Of a stretch of 64,000 bases of DNA, positions 29,843 to 44,752 are shown piece by piece. Positions within the stretch are counted from its first letter, which is position 1; each line of letters starts with the position of its first letter. The notes beneath the pieces were generated by a model. It saw nothing but the letters and a program-made list of their open reading frames with translations, made no database searches and was not told the origin of the DNA. The stretch is taken from NCBI RefSeq assembly GCF_009914755.1, contig NC_060931.1. One strand, written 5' to 3'. The translations under genes were made by a program, and so were the position numbers. Origin of the DNA: the human T2T-CHM13v2.0 reference genome, Homo sapiens.

Positions 29843-30801
29843 TAATGTATAGATTCAGAAACACGAGCTAGAGAACACTATAGGTATTGTTTTACTGCCA
29901 GGAAAAGGAGCCCAAGAGAGGCTAAGTGACTTGAAGGGCTACACAGCCAGTGGACGACGGAGCCAAGAGTGAAATTCACAACCCAGCTTTTTAGTCCTGG
30001 AGGCTTTTCCACACCACCTGTTGTCTCTTCTGTTATAGCTTCTATCCACTGAACTTTGCACATTCAAAGTGACCTCAAAGAGCCCTCTCAGGTCACTTGG
30101 ACCAATCTTCTACTTGCTTTTTTTTTTTTGTCTTTTTGCAAGCCACCTCAAAGAGCACTCTCGGGTCACGTGGACTGATCTTCTACCTAAAAATCTGTTC
30201 TACCGCATCATTTATGTATGTTTGGGCAAAGTACTCATAACCATTTCCAAGGCCAATAAAGCAAATGCTTTGCAGGATGCCGTAATAAAAATAAAACTTT
30301 CTTTGCAGTATGTACAAAGTCAGACTGCTTTACAAGTCAAAAACCTTTGCTCAAGTCCAGCCTGTGCCATTTAACAGGATCGAAAAAAGAGCTAGAGTTG
30401 GATGGGAAGGAAGAGAGAGTGGTTTGGTGAAGGAACCTTGGTTCTGACACTAGCTCTCTGCCGACCTTGGACTGGTCATGTGAAAAACTCTTCAGACTTC
30501 AATACCCCCCGAGTGTGGAAAAGGGGTGACGACAGCAACACCCTGAGTCTTCCCCTCGCAGGAATGCTTTGAAACTGTTAGGCGGGACTGCCGCCGGTGC
30601 GCAGTTTTGGGAAGCAGCGGACTCAGCGGGGTCCCAGGCTGCCCAGACAGGACGGATTGCTGGGGGGCTCAGGCCGTCCTGCCCCGGGCTCCGTGGGCGG
30701 CGGGGTGGGGACAGGGCGTGGGCGCGTCCCGGGGGGACCTCTCCTCTGGCTTCCTCCGCCCCGCCCCGGGAGACCGGGTGCGGCCCGAGCGGGTCACTCA
30801 C

Positions 30802-30878
30802 CGGGCCAGGAGCTCTAGGAAGATCACGTTACTGCAGCAGCCTGCGAACACCAGGCCCACCGCCAAGGCCGGGCGCAT
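30802..30878 (-). CDS. SLC35B4: SLC35B4 coding exon 1 (MRPALAVGLVFAGCCSNVIFLELLAR)
   Basis: ATG at 30878 in context GCCATGC; 77 nt ending CG|GTGAGT donor; matches the known SLC35B4 N-terminus. Confidence 0.97.
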
Positions 30879-30932
30879 GGCCGGTGCAGGGTTGGGGAAG
30901 CAAGCGCACAGAGTAAGCGCCCGCCTGTACCG

Positions 30933-30977
30933 CTACCCCAGGAAGCCGGCCTCCTGCCTCTTCGCTGCGCAGCACAT
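30933..30977 (-). other. Upstream ORF (MCCAAKRQEAGFLG*) in the SLC35B4 5' UTR
   Basis: GCGATGT start 99 nt upstream of the main ATG, TAG at 30935-30933; translation not shown. Confidence 0.55.
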
Positions 30978-31119
30978 CGCACCGTCCTGGAAAGCCGCTC
31001 TCACTGGGGGCCGCCGCGGTCTCCCCTTCTCCCGCGGCCAACACCGACGCTGCCAAGAAGCTGTAGTTCGCAGTCAGCTTCGGTCCCATTCATCCGAGGG
31101 GGCGTCCGAGCCCCGGCCA

Positions 31120-31146
31120 GACTACATGTCCCAGGATGCCGTGCAC
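31120..31146 (+). promoter_or_regulatory. ZNF143/THAP11 (SBS, GFY-Staf) motif
   Basis: GACTACATGTCCCAGGATGCC versus consensus RACTACAATTCCCAGAATGC. Confidence 0.8.
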
Positions 31147-31243
31147 CTTTACCTCAGGATGCGACGTTCCCGCTTCCGCCAGGCAGCTCCGCCAGAGAGG
31201 ACAGGGGGACGAGGTGCCCGGCATGACTCGCGCGATAGGCGGC

Positions 31244-31270
31244 CGCGGGGCTTGCTGGGAAATGAAGTCC
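31244..31270 (-). promoter_or_regulatory. Second ZNF143/THAP11 motif
   Basis: minus strand reads GGACTTCATTTCCCAGCAAGCCCCGCG. Confidence 0.7.
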
Positions 31271-31499
31271 CAAAGCGTCAGTGTTTCTTGCGAGACCGCC
31301 CAGAGCGCTGAAAGTAACTCGGCCGCCAGGGTCACAACAAACTTGCTGGCAGCGGCGGCACTAGAACTACAGAGCTGTGACTGCTCGTTGGAGGTGTTCT
31401 AGCATCTGAAACAACTCTGCTTCCTGAACTGATATATATATATGTATCTTTGGTGACTCTATTATGCTGCCAGGATTAAGAACCACTGAGAATTCAAGT

Positions 31500-33160
31500 A
31501 AAGCAATGGCTCTCAACCACGTCTGTACATTGGAATCACTTGGAGAGCTTTAAAGATGACTGATAGCCAAGTCCCACCCCCAGCGATTCTGATTTAATTA
31601 GGATGAGGTGCAGCCTTAAAGGTGATCTATTGATATTATCCCTAATCCTAGCTCTTTAAGGTACTCCCTTCCTTTACCTCCGTGGTTCTCAAACTTAGCT
31701 GCGCAGTCAAATCACCTGGGGGCTTTGAAAACTGCCAACGTCCAGGCTCTTCTACTGGCAAAAATGCCAATATCAGCAATCAGATCTTTAATGGTGAAAA
31801 GAAGGCATACTTCCCTCTTCTTACAGTGGAATTCTCATAGCACTTACAATCTGAGCCATTCGACTTGACTCTTACTTACTCAATGAACAAATGTTTGTTA
31901 AGCACATATTACGTACATAAGCTAGTGCGGCACTATTCTTTATTTGTAAAATAGGTATGCACACTTTATCCACCCAGCAAGACTAGTTTTTAAGGGAAAC
32001 GTGTTTACACTTCCTTTCTGCTTCCCAGTGTCTACTATAAAAGGTTAGCATCACTGCTCAGTATTTTACCACATCAAATATTTCCATTGTAATTGAATCC
32101 AACAGCAATAGCAAAGTACACGGTACAAAGCTAGGTAGGATTTTGGAATGCTATATTGTTTTTGCTATTTCCTGTGAGACACGAACATTCTGAAGTCTTT
32201 CTCGAGATCTACAAAATAGTTTGGAATGCTTTTTTCCCAGTCCGTGACTGGGAGATCACATTGGAATCATCTGAAGTACTCGTTATCGAGTGCAGATTAT
32301 TGGGTCTCGCTTTAGACCTACCAAGTCAAAATCCTTGTGTATGGGTTCTAGAAACTTGTATTTTTAACAAGCACTCCACGTTCTAATTCTAATGCATTCT
32401 AGAATTTGAGAACTGCTGCCTTAAAAAGGTGAGTAGGAAGAAGAACTAACATAAATAGAAAGCCTACTACCTGTGAAATTCAGTATTTAATGAGCACCCG
32501 TCTTGAGTTTGCACAGTGCTGGCACATTACAACAATGAATTATATATACATATATACACGTATATATACCAGTTATATTCATATACACATATATACACAC
32601 ACACATATATATATATAACTGGTATATATACAGGTATATAATAGTACCAGTTCTACCTCAGACCAAGTAAAGTGGACTACCTGGGAGTGAGGCTGAAGCA
32701 ATGATAATATCTCCACCTCCACTATCAATAATCCTGCCAACAGGAAGCTGGTCTGGATTTTCATCTGGATTTCATTAGAGGTGATTTCTCTTCACACAGA
32801 CCTTCATTTTCCATATATGCCAATAATTTGGAAGCCCTTAAAGGATGTTCTAAACATTTCTCATTACATCTCAGATAAAAACCCAAGCATGTCTAAGTGA
32901 TTGCACAAGAAAAAAATGGCCTGAGTACTGTAATATTTGCAAGAGTTCTGTATCTTTCTTCCTTCCTCCACATTTCTGTCTTCACCTACTGCAGTGAGTA
33001 TTAATTTAATGTGCATGTTAATCACTTGGGGATCTTGTTAAAATGCAGATTCTGATTCACTAGGCCTGCAGCATGGCCTGAGATTCTGCATTTCTAAGTA
33101 GCTCCCAGGTGATGCTGGTGCTACTGACCTGTTGACTGCACTTGGAGAGCAGAAGCCTGT
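31500..33160. mobile_element. Cluster of MER5-like (hAT-Charlie) fragments upstream of the promoter
   Basis: repeated tggttctcaa / gaatcac..gg / ctgcatttctaa..ctcccaggtgatgc motifs near 31505, 31680, 32240 and 32990. Confidence 0.65.
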
Positions 33161-33169
33161 AAAATCATT

Positions 33170-35635
<2,466 letters not shown>

Positions 35636-36144
35636 GCTTGAAGTAGTCAAATAATTCACACCTCATGAATACATGATATTTTTCAGCTTGACTAATTTTA
35701 ACAATGTAAACATCAAAAATGTACTGCTCAGTGAATTTGCATGAACAGTGGTGTATAACCAATACTCAGGTTAGGAAATAAATGAGTACCAGCATTCCAG
35801 CAGCTCCTGTGCCCCATTCCAATCACTAACCCCCTCCAAGGGCAAGCACTATTCTGACTTTCTAGCACCAAAGATAAGTTTGGTCTGCTTTTGCACTTTA
35901 CATAAATGGAATCATGCAGTATATTTCTTTTGTTTCTTCTTTTTTTTTTCTCAACATTATGTTGTCAGTTCAGCTACATTTCTTTGTGTATTTGTAGCTC
36001 ATTTATTCTTACTGCTGCATAACATTTCCTTGTATGAATATACGACAACTTATTTGTTCTCTGGTGATGGACAATTTGGCTATTATCAATAGTGCTACTG
36101 TGAAATATCTTGTACATATCTTTTGTACATTTCTATTGGATATC

Positions 36145-36850
36145 AGCGTATCAATTAAGGTCCAGTCAGGAGGCAAAAATTGTATAGTAATTTGAACAAA
36201 GAAAGCTTAATATAAAGAATTATTAACTAGTAGTATTAACTAGAAGATAAACTACTATAAAGGATTAAAAGAACTCCCCAAATTATGGGAACAGCAGATA
36301 CAAGGAGTAGCCACTACATAAGACTGAGTCAGACTACCCAAGAAAAGAACATATTTGGAAAAGGGCCCTCTCCCCTCCTCCCCAAATGGAGATTCAGACC
36401 TCATTGAAGGGGGTAGTGCTGCAGTCCTCTGGCTAGCAGAGAAGTTCAGTGAGGTGCTGATGAAACTCACCTAGGGTCATCCTCTGGGGTCCAGGTAGGG
36501 CACTGGTCAGCTCATTGAGAAGCTGCTGGTGGAAGTTTTGTACTTGCTAGGAAGCTGGGTGGAGCTCTGGCAGAATTTTCTGGATACCAGCTGTGAGGAT
36601 ACTAGTTAGTCCACCAGGGTGAATTCCCCAGGGTATCCTACATGCTGGCTGAGCACTGCATGAGCAACATGGAAGAAAGCACACCAGAACCAGAACTCCT
36701 CCCTCAGTGTCCCTGCAGCCCCCTCTGTGACAAAGCTCCATACTGTGCTCCCCATCAGAGGAGAAACGTCCACAGGGTCAAGCTCCAGCATCCCAAACAA
36801 GGCCATGAAGGGTGGATTTGGAGTGGAGAGGCCATAAATTGACAACTAGA
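36145..36850. mobile_element. Ancient LTR (ERVL-class, subfamily uncertain) beside an L1M fragment (~35690-36145)
   Basis: gtccagtcaggaggcaaaa...aatataaagaattattaactag resembles ERVL LTR ends. Confidence 0.4.
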
Positions 36851-37707
36851 ACATCCAAGAGTTTTTTTGGGGGTCATGCCGACTTCAACATTTTGTTTTA
36901 TCATAAAACCAAAGTTATGAAGTATAGCTATGATTTCATCTCACAAATCTTTTTTTCTTCTTTTATTACCCTGAGTTCAGAATTCTAACATTTTTGAATG
37001 AATAGCAACTTCTTAGACACCAGCTGTGCTCAACATGTTTAAACCTCTTCACAGTCCTCTTACCTTATAAAGAAGGATCTATCACTTTGGGAATGTTCAT
37101 TGTCTTTGACCTAGTGTTGTCAGTGGGAAAAGCTGTCAAGCTTGTTCTAAAAGCCATTTTTGTTTCTAGTTCTAGACACTCAGACACATTTTGAATCATT
37201 TGTAAAATTCACTTAAACAACTTGTTGACAAAAAATTAAATAATATACCTCTGATGGAATACTGCCTGATAAGTCTCAAATTGCCAATCCTACAGAGATC
37301 TGTCATTTGATTTTTTAAAACATCTTTTCTATATCTATCATATGATGATTATTTTCTCATCTTTGCATTATGTAAATCTTGAGATATTTAGAGCTGTGCA
37401 CTATAAATATACTTCAGATATTATTCATAGAGTCAAAATATTCTTGTTGTTTGTTTCATAGGTCAGATTCAAGCAATGCCCTGGTATATTAATAGACTTA
37501 TGAATGCTAATATTTTCAAGGGCATTATTTGAAGACATATTTTTTCAGATTACTATAATTTGGGAGTATGACATTTTGGCTAGGAAGAAAACCTTCTTGA
37601 TCAGAATATTAGTGGCCCAAGGACAAGGGCTTTGTCTTATTAGCCACAGTATCCTCCATATCTGGATGACATCTGGCTTATAGTAGGTGCTCAGTAAGTA
37701 ACAGCTG

Positions 37708-37846
37708 GAGGGAAGGAGTGAAGGAAGGAGAGAAAGAAAGAAATAGAAAAAGAAAGAAAGAAGGAGAGAGAGAAAGAAAGAAGGAGAGAGAGAAAGAAAG
37801 AAGAAAGAGAAAGAAAGAAAGAAAAAGCAGGGAAGGAAGGAAGAGG
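37708..37846. repeat. GA-rich (GAAA/GGAA)n low-complexity tract
   Basis: direct reading. Confidence 0.9.
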
Positions 37847-37944
37847 ACCTTTCAAAAAACCAGCTACTCTTTAAGGGACTCATAAACAAAACAGGTGAGC
37901 GTTTGAAAATGGTACCTGCTATGAGAGAAAGTAAGTACGAATAA

Positions 37945-38800
37945 TTACCTGAAGAAAATTTACAAAGAACTCAAACAACTCAACAAGAAAAAAACCATTA
38001 TAAAATTGGACAAAAGACATAAACAGACATTTTTCAAAAAATGACATGCAAGCAGCCAATAACCATGTGAAAAAAAATGCTCAACATCACTAATCACATA
38101 ATTACACCAGTCAGAATGACTATTAAAAAGTCAACAAACAACAGATGTTGGTGAGGATGCAGAGAAAAGGAAACACTTATACACTGTTGGTGGGAATGCA
38201 AATTAGTACAACCCCTATGAAACAATAGAGAGATTTCTTGAAGCAATTCCACTACTGGGTATCTACCCCAGAGAAAAGAAATAATTATATCAAAAAGATA
38301 CCTGCGCTAGTATGCTTATTGCAGCACTATTCACAATAGTAAAGACATGGAATCAACGTAAGTATCCATCAACAGATGATTGGATAATGAAAATGTGGTA
38401 TAGATACACACACAGTGGAATACTACTCAGCCATAAAAAAGAATGAAATCAAGTCTTTTGCAGTAACATGGATGGAACTGGAAGTCATTGCCTTAATGAA
38501 ATGATTCAGAAACAGAAAGTCAAATACTGAATGTTCTCTCTTATAAGTGGGAACTAAATAATGTGTACACAGGGACACAGAGAGTGGAATAATAGATACT
38601 GGAGACTGGAAAGGGTGAGAGGGTAGGAGAAAGGTGAGGAATGAGAAATTACCTGATGGGTACCATGTATACTCTTTAGGTGATGGGTACAGTAAAAGCC
38701 CAGACTTCACCACTATGCAATATATCCATGTGACAAAACTGCAATTGTATCCCCTAAATCCATAAAAATAAAAAATTTAATTAAAAAAGAAAAAATAATA
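37945..38800 (+). mobile_element. L1MA 3' portion
   Basis: ORF2-end and 3' UTR motifs (cagcactattcacaatag, tggatggaactggaagtcatt), A-rich tail. Confidence 0.88.
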
Positions 38801-38992
38801 ATTCCCCGAAGAAACAAACCTTAGTGCCCATGACTGTGGGTGAGCTCCTGAACAGCAGGTACCAGAGCTCGTTTATCTAAGTACCGTACCATTTTCCCCT
38901 TTATTGTTGCTGAAAAGATGTTTGTTAAATTATATTATTGAACTGAGGTGGCAAATCTAACTGAGGAAATGAGACTGTTTATACCACCTTTA

Positions 38993-39280
38993 GGCGCGGT
39001 GGCTCATGCCTGTAATCCCAGCACTGTGGGAGGCCAAGGCAGGCAGATCACCTTAGGTCAGGAGTTCAAGACCAGACTGGCCATGGTGAAACCCCGTCTC
39101 CACTAAAAATACAGAAAATTAGCCGGGCATGGTAGCCTGCCCCTGTAATCCCAGCTACTCAGGAGGCTGAGGCAGGAGAATCGCTTGAACCCGGGAGGCG
39201 GAGGTTGCAGTAGGCCTAGATGGTGCCATTGCCCTCCAGCCTGGACAACAAGAGCGAAACTCTGTCTCAAAAAAAAAAAA
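38993..39280 (+). mobile_element. AluS
   Basis: full dimer. Confidence 0.95.
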
Positions 39281-39296
39281 GAATCATGTCGAATAA

Positions 39297-39701
<405 letters not shown>

Positions 39702-40159
39702 AACTGATAATATCTTAAGGGAAAAAATACCAAACCTATGGGATCATTTAGTTTTCCTACTCTGACTGCCACCTTTCTCCTCTGATTCCGGCATTAGGTG
39801 CCTGGGAAGATGTTACTAACCCATGTACCAAGCATGTGCTTTGATCTGCTGTTCCAGGAAGTAAATGCAGCACATTTCAGTTTCTGACAGTTTCAGCTTA
39901 TAAAGTGATCCCATACAGAGCTAGTCTACCTCCTACATGAATCATATGAAGCAGATAGGCATTATTAGTTCTAGGAGAAATATGATTAAATGTATTTTCC
40001 AAGGCTCACTGGTGTAAATGCATGAGGCTGGGCAGGTAAGGTAAAGTGGGTAAAACTGATTTCTAAGGTAAATGTGTGAAACTGGCCATAAATCATAGGA
40101 GTTTTGCTGGGGAATTAAAAAGTGTAAGCTCTGTCTGAATACATTTGAATTTACATTTT

Positions 40160-41015
40160 CAACATTATTTTTCATTGTGGTAACATACACATAACATAAC
40201 CATTTTGACCATCTTAACTATTTTAGAGTGTAAGGTTCTGTGGTATTAAATACACTCACACTGTTGGGCTGCCATCCCCACCATCCAGCTCCAGAACTCT
40301 TTTCATCTTTCAAAACTGAAACTCTGCACCCATTGTACAATAATTCCCCATTCCTGCCTCCCACCAGCCCCTCGAAACCTCCATTCTACTTTCTACCTCT
40401 ATGAATCTGACTCCTCTAGGTACTTCATATAAGTGAAATTATACAATATCTGTCCTTTAGTGACTTATTTAATTTAGCATAATGTCCTCAAGATTCATCC
40501 ATGTGATAGCGTATGTCAGAATCTCCTTCCTTTTTAAGACTAAAATAATATTCCACTCTATGCATAGCACACATTTTGTCTAACCATTCATCATCCACAG
40601 ACCCTTGGGTTGCTTCTACCTTTTAGCTATTGTGAATAATGCTGCTATGAACACGGGGATACAAATGTCTCTTTGAAACTCTTTCAGTTATTTTGGGGAT
40701 ATACCTAGAAGTGAAATTCCTGGATCGTATGATAGTTCCATGTTTAATTTTTTGAGGAACCTCCACACTGTTTTCCACAGTGGCTGTACCATTTTATATT
40801 TCTACCAACAGTGCACAGGGTTCCATTTTCTCCATATCCTTGCTAGTACTCGCTATGTTCTGTTTTTTGTATGGTGGCCATTCTAGTGAGTGCTTGGTGG
40901 CATCTCATTCTGGTTTTGATTTGCATTTCCCTAACGATTAGTGATGTTGAGCATCTTTCCACGTGGGTATTGGTCATTTGTATATCTTCTTTGGAGAAAT
41001 GTCTATTTAAGTCCT
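40160..41015 (-). mobile_element. L1MB 3' portion
   Basis: gtgaataatgctgctatgaac, ttttccacagtggctgtaccattt, tttggagaaatgtctattt. Confidence 0.88.
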
Positions 41016-43239
41016 TCAAATTCACATTGTTAAGGCATGGCATACACCAATCTTTGAGCCAGATTTCTTCTCTAGGCTCCTGGCTTATGACCCCGATAAT
41101 GTCCTAAGTGACAGAGCCAGGAAAAGGATGAGCCAGCTCTTTAACACCTTCATTTGATACCAGCTCATTCACTCCACCAGCTTACCCCGACATATTACTT
41201 TTGGGATTGGTGACACTTTTAATTTGTAATATGTACAAAGGGTACAAAATTCAAAAGGTCTAGAGGATACTAGTGTAAAATAATTTTCCTGAGCCCCAAT
41301 AACCCACTGCTCCCATTTTGAAGCAACCAGTGTCACCAGTGTTTTGTACATTCTTCCATTTTCTACAAAATATGTAGTTTTTTTCACTCACATGCTGTTT
41401 TTTCCTTAAAAATAGATCTTAGAGAATATTTATATTAGTAGTGTGTTGTTCTTTTTAATGACTGTATAATATTCCATTTATTATTATACTATCTTTTATT
41501 TAACTGGTTCCCTGTTATTGAATCTTTAGGTTGGTTCCCATCTTTTGCTCTAACAGGCAGCACTGCATTGAATATCATGATACATATTTTTGAGTAAACT
41601 AAACACAGGGACAACTGGCCCTTGCTTGGCTATGAAACTTAGGTTAACTGACTGACATGCCTTAGATTCATAACTGTAGCATTGATAGTACAAGCTTTCA
41701 AAGAACTCCTGCAGCCAAGGATTCTTCTTTCCAAATCTCCCTATAACCAGATAGTTTAAACAAAATCCAAACCTCAAATACAAATAACACCAAAGCAGAT
41801 ATTTTAATACTTAAGTACAATATAAAATGTTATTATCGTATACTTTATATATTGTCTGAAAAGTACAGCCTACAGTAATTCCCCACAGATGCAGTATCAT
41901 TAGGAAATAACTCATTCCAACTAACCAAGAACTTCCAGAAAACATGTTGATTTTAGAACTGAAATTTTTTGTACTAAAGCAATTTTGAATGGAAATCTTC
42001 ATGCAATCCCCTGCTTTATCAAGTATGATATATTGAATGTTGGCTATCCTCGTTTGTGTACTCAACGCCATGGTTTTGAGCATCCCCTATTGCAATGTGC
42101 TGATTCTTACCGAGCCATTGGGTGAACCATGGTCTAAGAGCCCTCATATGAAATAGCCCCCATTTCCTCCAGGAAGTCGTCTGTTACCTAAGACTGATCA
42201 ATGCTCCTCCAGTGCCCCCTAGTGTCCTGTACTCCCCCTTGGCCTCTTAACACATTGTATTGAAATCATTTCTTGCTCGTCTGCCCCCACCACACCCTTG
42301 TGTATGAGCCAGCGTGCCTCTGTGAAGGCAAGGGTATGTTCTTGTCACTTCTATGTACCCAACTATTAAGGATAGTGCCTAGCCTACAATAGTCACCCAT
42401 AAATACGCATTGAGTGAATGAATGATTAAAGGAACAAAGGAATAAATAGATTCCTATATTCCTTCTTTGAGTCTTTCTCTCTGCTTTTTATAGCTTTTAT
42501 TTTCGTCTTCTTTCACACTGTTGCTCCTTTTAAATTCAGCATGCTGCCCTTCACCACTGTCCCGCTCTAACTCTCTGCAGCTTGAGAAACCCAACTGCGC
42601 CATTAAGATTGGGTTTAAAAATGAATAGGGAATGGAGGCCTCTCCATGATCCAAGTTTGTAGCTTTAGCGCATAATCTTTCTGAGAGGTGTTTTGGGAAT
42701 TCCAAGACATATTTTGTTTTCCTCCTGGCTCTTGTGTTCTGAATGGAGTCGTCAGTCAACTGATTGCTAGATTTAAAAGTTACTGCTGTTTTGTAAGTCT
42801 ACAAAAAATTTGTGAAGGGCCTAGTTATGTGGCCAACACGACACTAGGAAGTATGGGATTATCCATCACAGTGCTTGCACATGGTAAGAGATTGCTATGT
42901 ATTTATTGATAGGCAAAAGAAAAGCTCAGAGCATGTTCCCATTGCCCTCAGTAATGTCTGACGTATGGAGCAATTACACAATGCCAGGCATTTTATTCAA
43001 GTTATCTCATTTAGTCTTCATAAAAATCTAGTGAGATGGACACTATTATAATATTCATTTCATAGATAAGGAAATTGAGGCTTAGAGAGATTAAGAGCCT
43101 TTCCAAGGTGCTATTAAGTTGGGAGTTTGGCTAACACCCAGATCTGTCTGATTCTCAAAACCATAGTCTACTCTACTTCACTCATCCTAGAGGCTTTCAG
43201 TTTCATCAGAGAGACAAGATAAGCATGGATGAAACTACT

Positions 43240-43740
43240 AAGACTTCTCAAAATACTCCAGCTTGTGACCTGGCCCCTGGTACTTTTCTCCTACTCATCT
43301 GCCCACTCTTGCCTGTGCAACCTGCCCTCCAGCCATGCTGAGCCCCTTGCAGCATGCTGAGCTCATTCCTGCCCCAGCGTCTCTGCCCTGGCCATTCCCT
43401 CAGCCTGGAACACTCTCTCCCAAGGTGTATCCATGGCTTTCTCCTTCCTTTCATTTAGTTCTGTACTTACATGTTACTTTCTCACAGAGATCTTTTTTGA
43501 CCACCTTATCTAAAATGGCATCCCCTGACACTATATTTTAACTTACTCTGCTTTATTTTCTTTATTTTACCATTACTTAACAGGATATTAATTATCTTTC
43601 TATATTTTCGTTTTTATTGCCTAACTCTTCCACTCAGTGGTAAACTCTGGGAAGCCAGAGACTTTGTGTGAACCTCCAGCACCTAGAACAGTGCCTGGTA
43701 CATAGTAGCACTCAATATATACTTGTCAAATGAACAAACA
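43240..43740 (+). mobile_element. L2 3' end (flanked by MIRs at ~42950-43190 and ~43790-44010)
   Basis: cagcacctagaacagtgcctggtacatagtagcactcaata. Confidence 0.75.
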
Positions 43741-44321
43741 CCTTTACTATATATGTCAATGTTCTTTAAGATAACTGACATATATTGAACAGCAATCCCA
43801 TGCCTGATATTTTGCCAGATGTTTTTCATTATAGTATCTCATATATTACTTTGCCACAGCCCTATGGGAGAGGTGTATTATTTTATTTTCATTTTACAGA
43901 CACAGATAAGGAAATCGAGTTCAGAGAGGTTAAAGAACAGGCTCCAGGCAGCTGGTGGCTGAGCAGGATCTGGACCACAGAGTCTGACTTGGAGTCCATG
44001 CTCTTTTCCACTGTGAGTTTGTCCTGGGAGTTCATTCTTTCAGGCTTATTTTTCTTGCAGTGCTAAAGTCTACATCTCCAAAGCTTTTAGTGGCAAGTAG
44101 TTTCCCTTCCATTTTGCCCTCATGGTATTTCAACAAGTTCTAACAGGATAGAGAAGAAAACTGAATTACAGGCTTTTCAAGCTCCAGTCTAATGTCCACA
44201 ACACAACCTCACAAAGGTCAGGACACAGGAAAGCTGCTTGTCCAGGATCAGATTTCTCCCGGGATTCTTCAGATCTCTTTACTTTTCAACCATGACAGAT
44301 GGCTTATGTGAGTGGTAATGA

Positions 44322-44752
<431 letters not shown>

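Larger units (their letters stand above)
30500..31360. promoter_or_regulatory. CpG-island promoter, 5' UTR and exon 1 of SLC35B4
   Basis: Sharp rise in GC and CpG against the AT-rich flanks; contains the start codon; no TATA box evident. Confidence 0.93.

Noticed and set aside
30607-31311. 234-aa + strand ORF, the longest in the window, antisense to exon 1
   Set aside because: It lies wholly in the CpG island where stops are rare. It is low-complexity (R/A/G/P-rich) with no recognisable domain and is best explained as a GC artefact.
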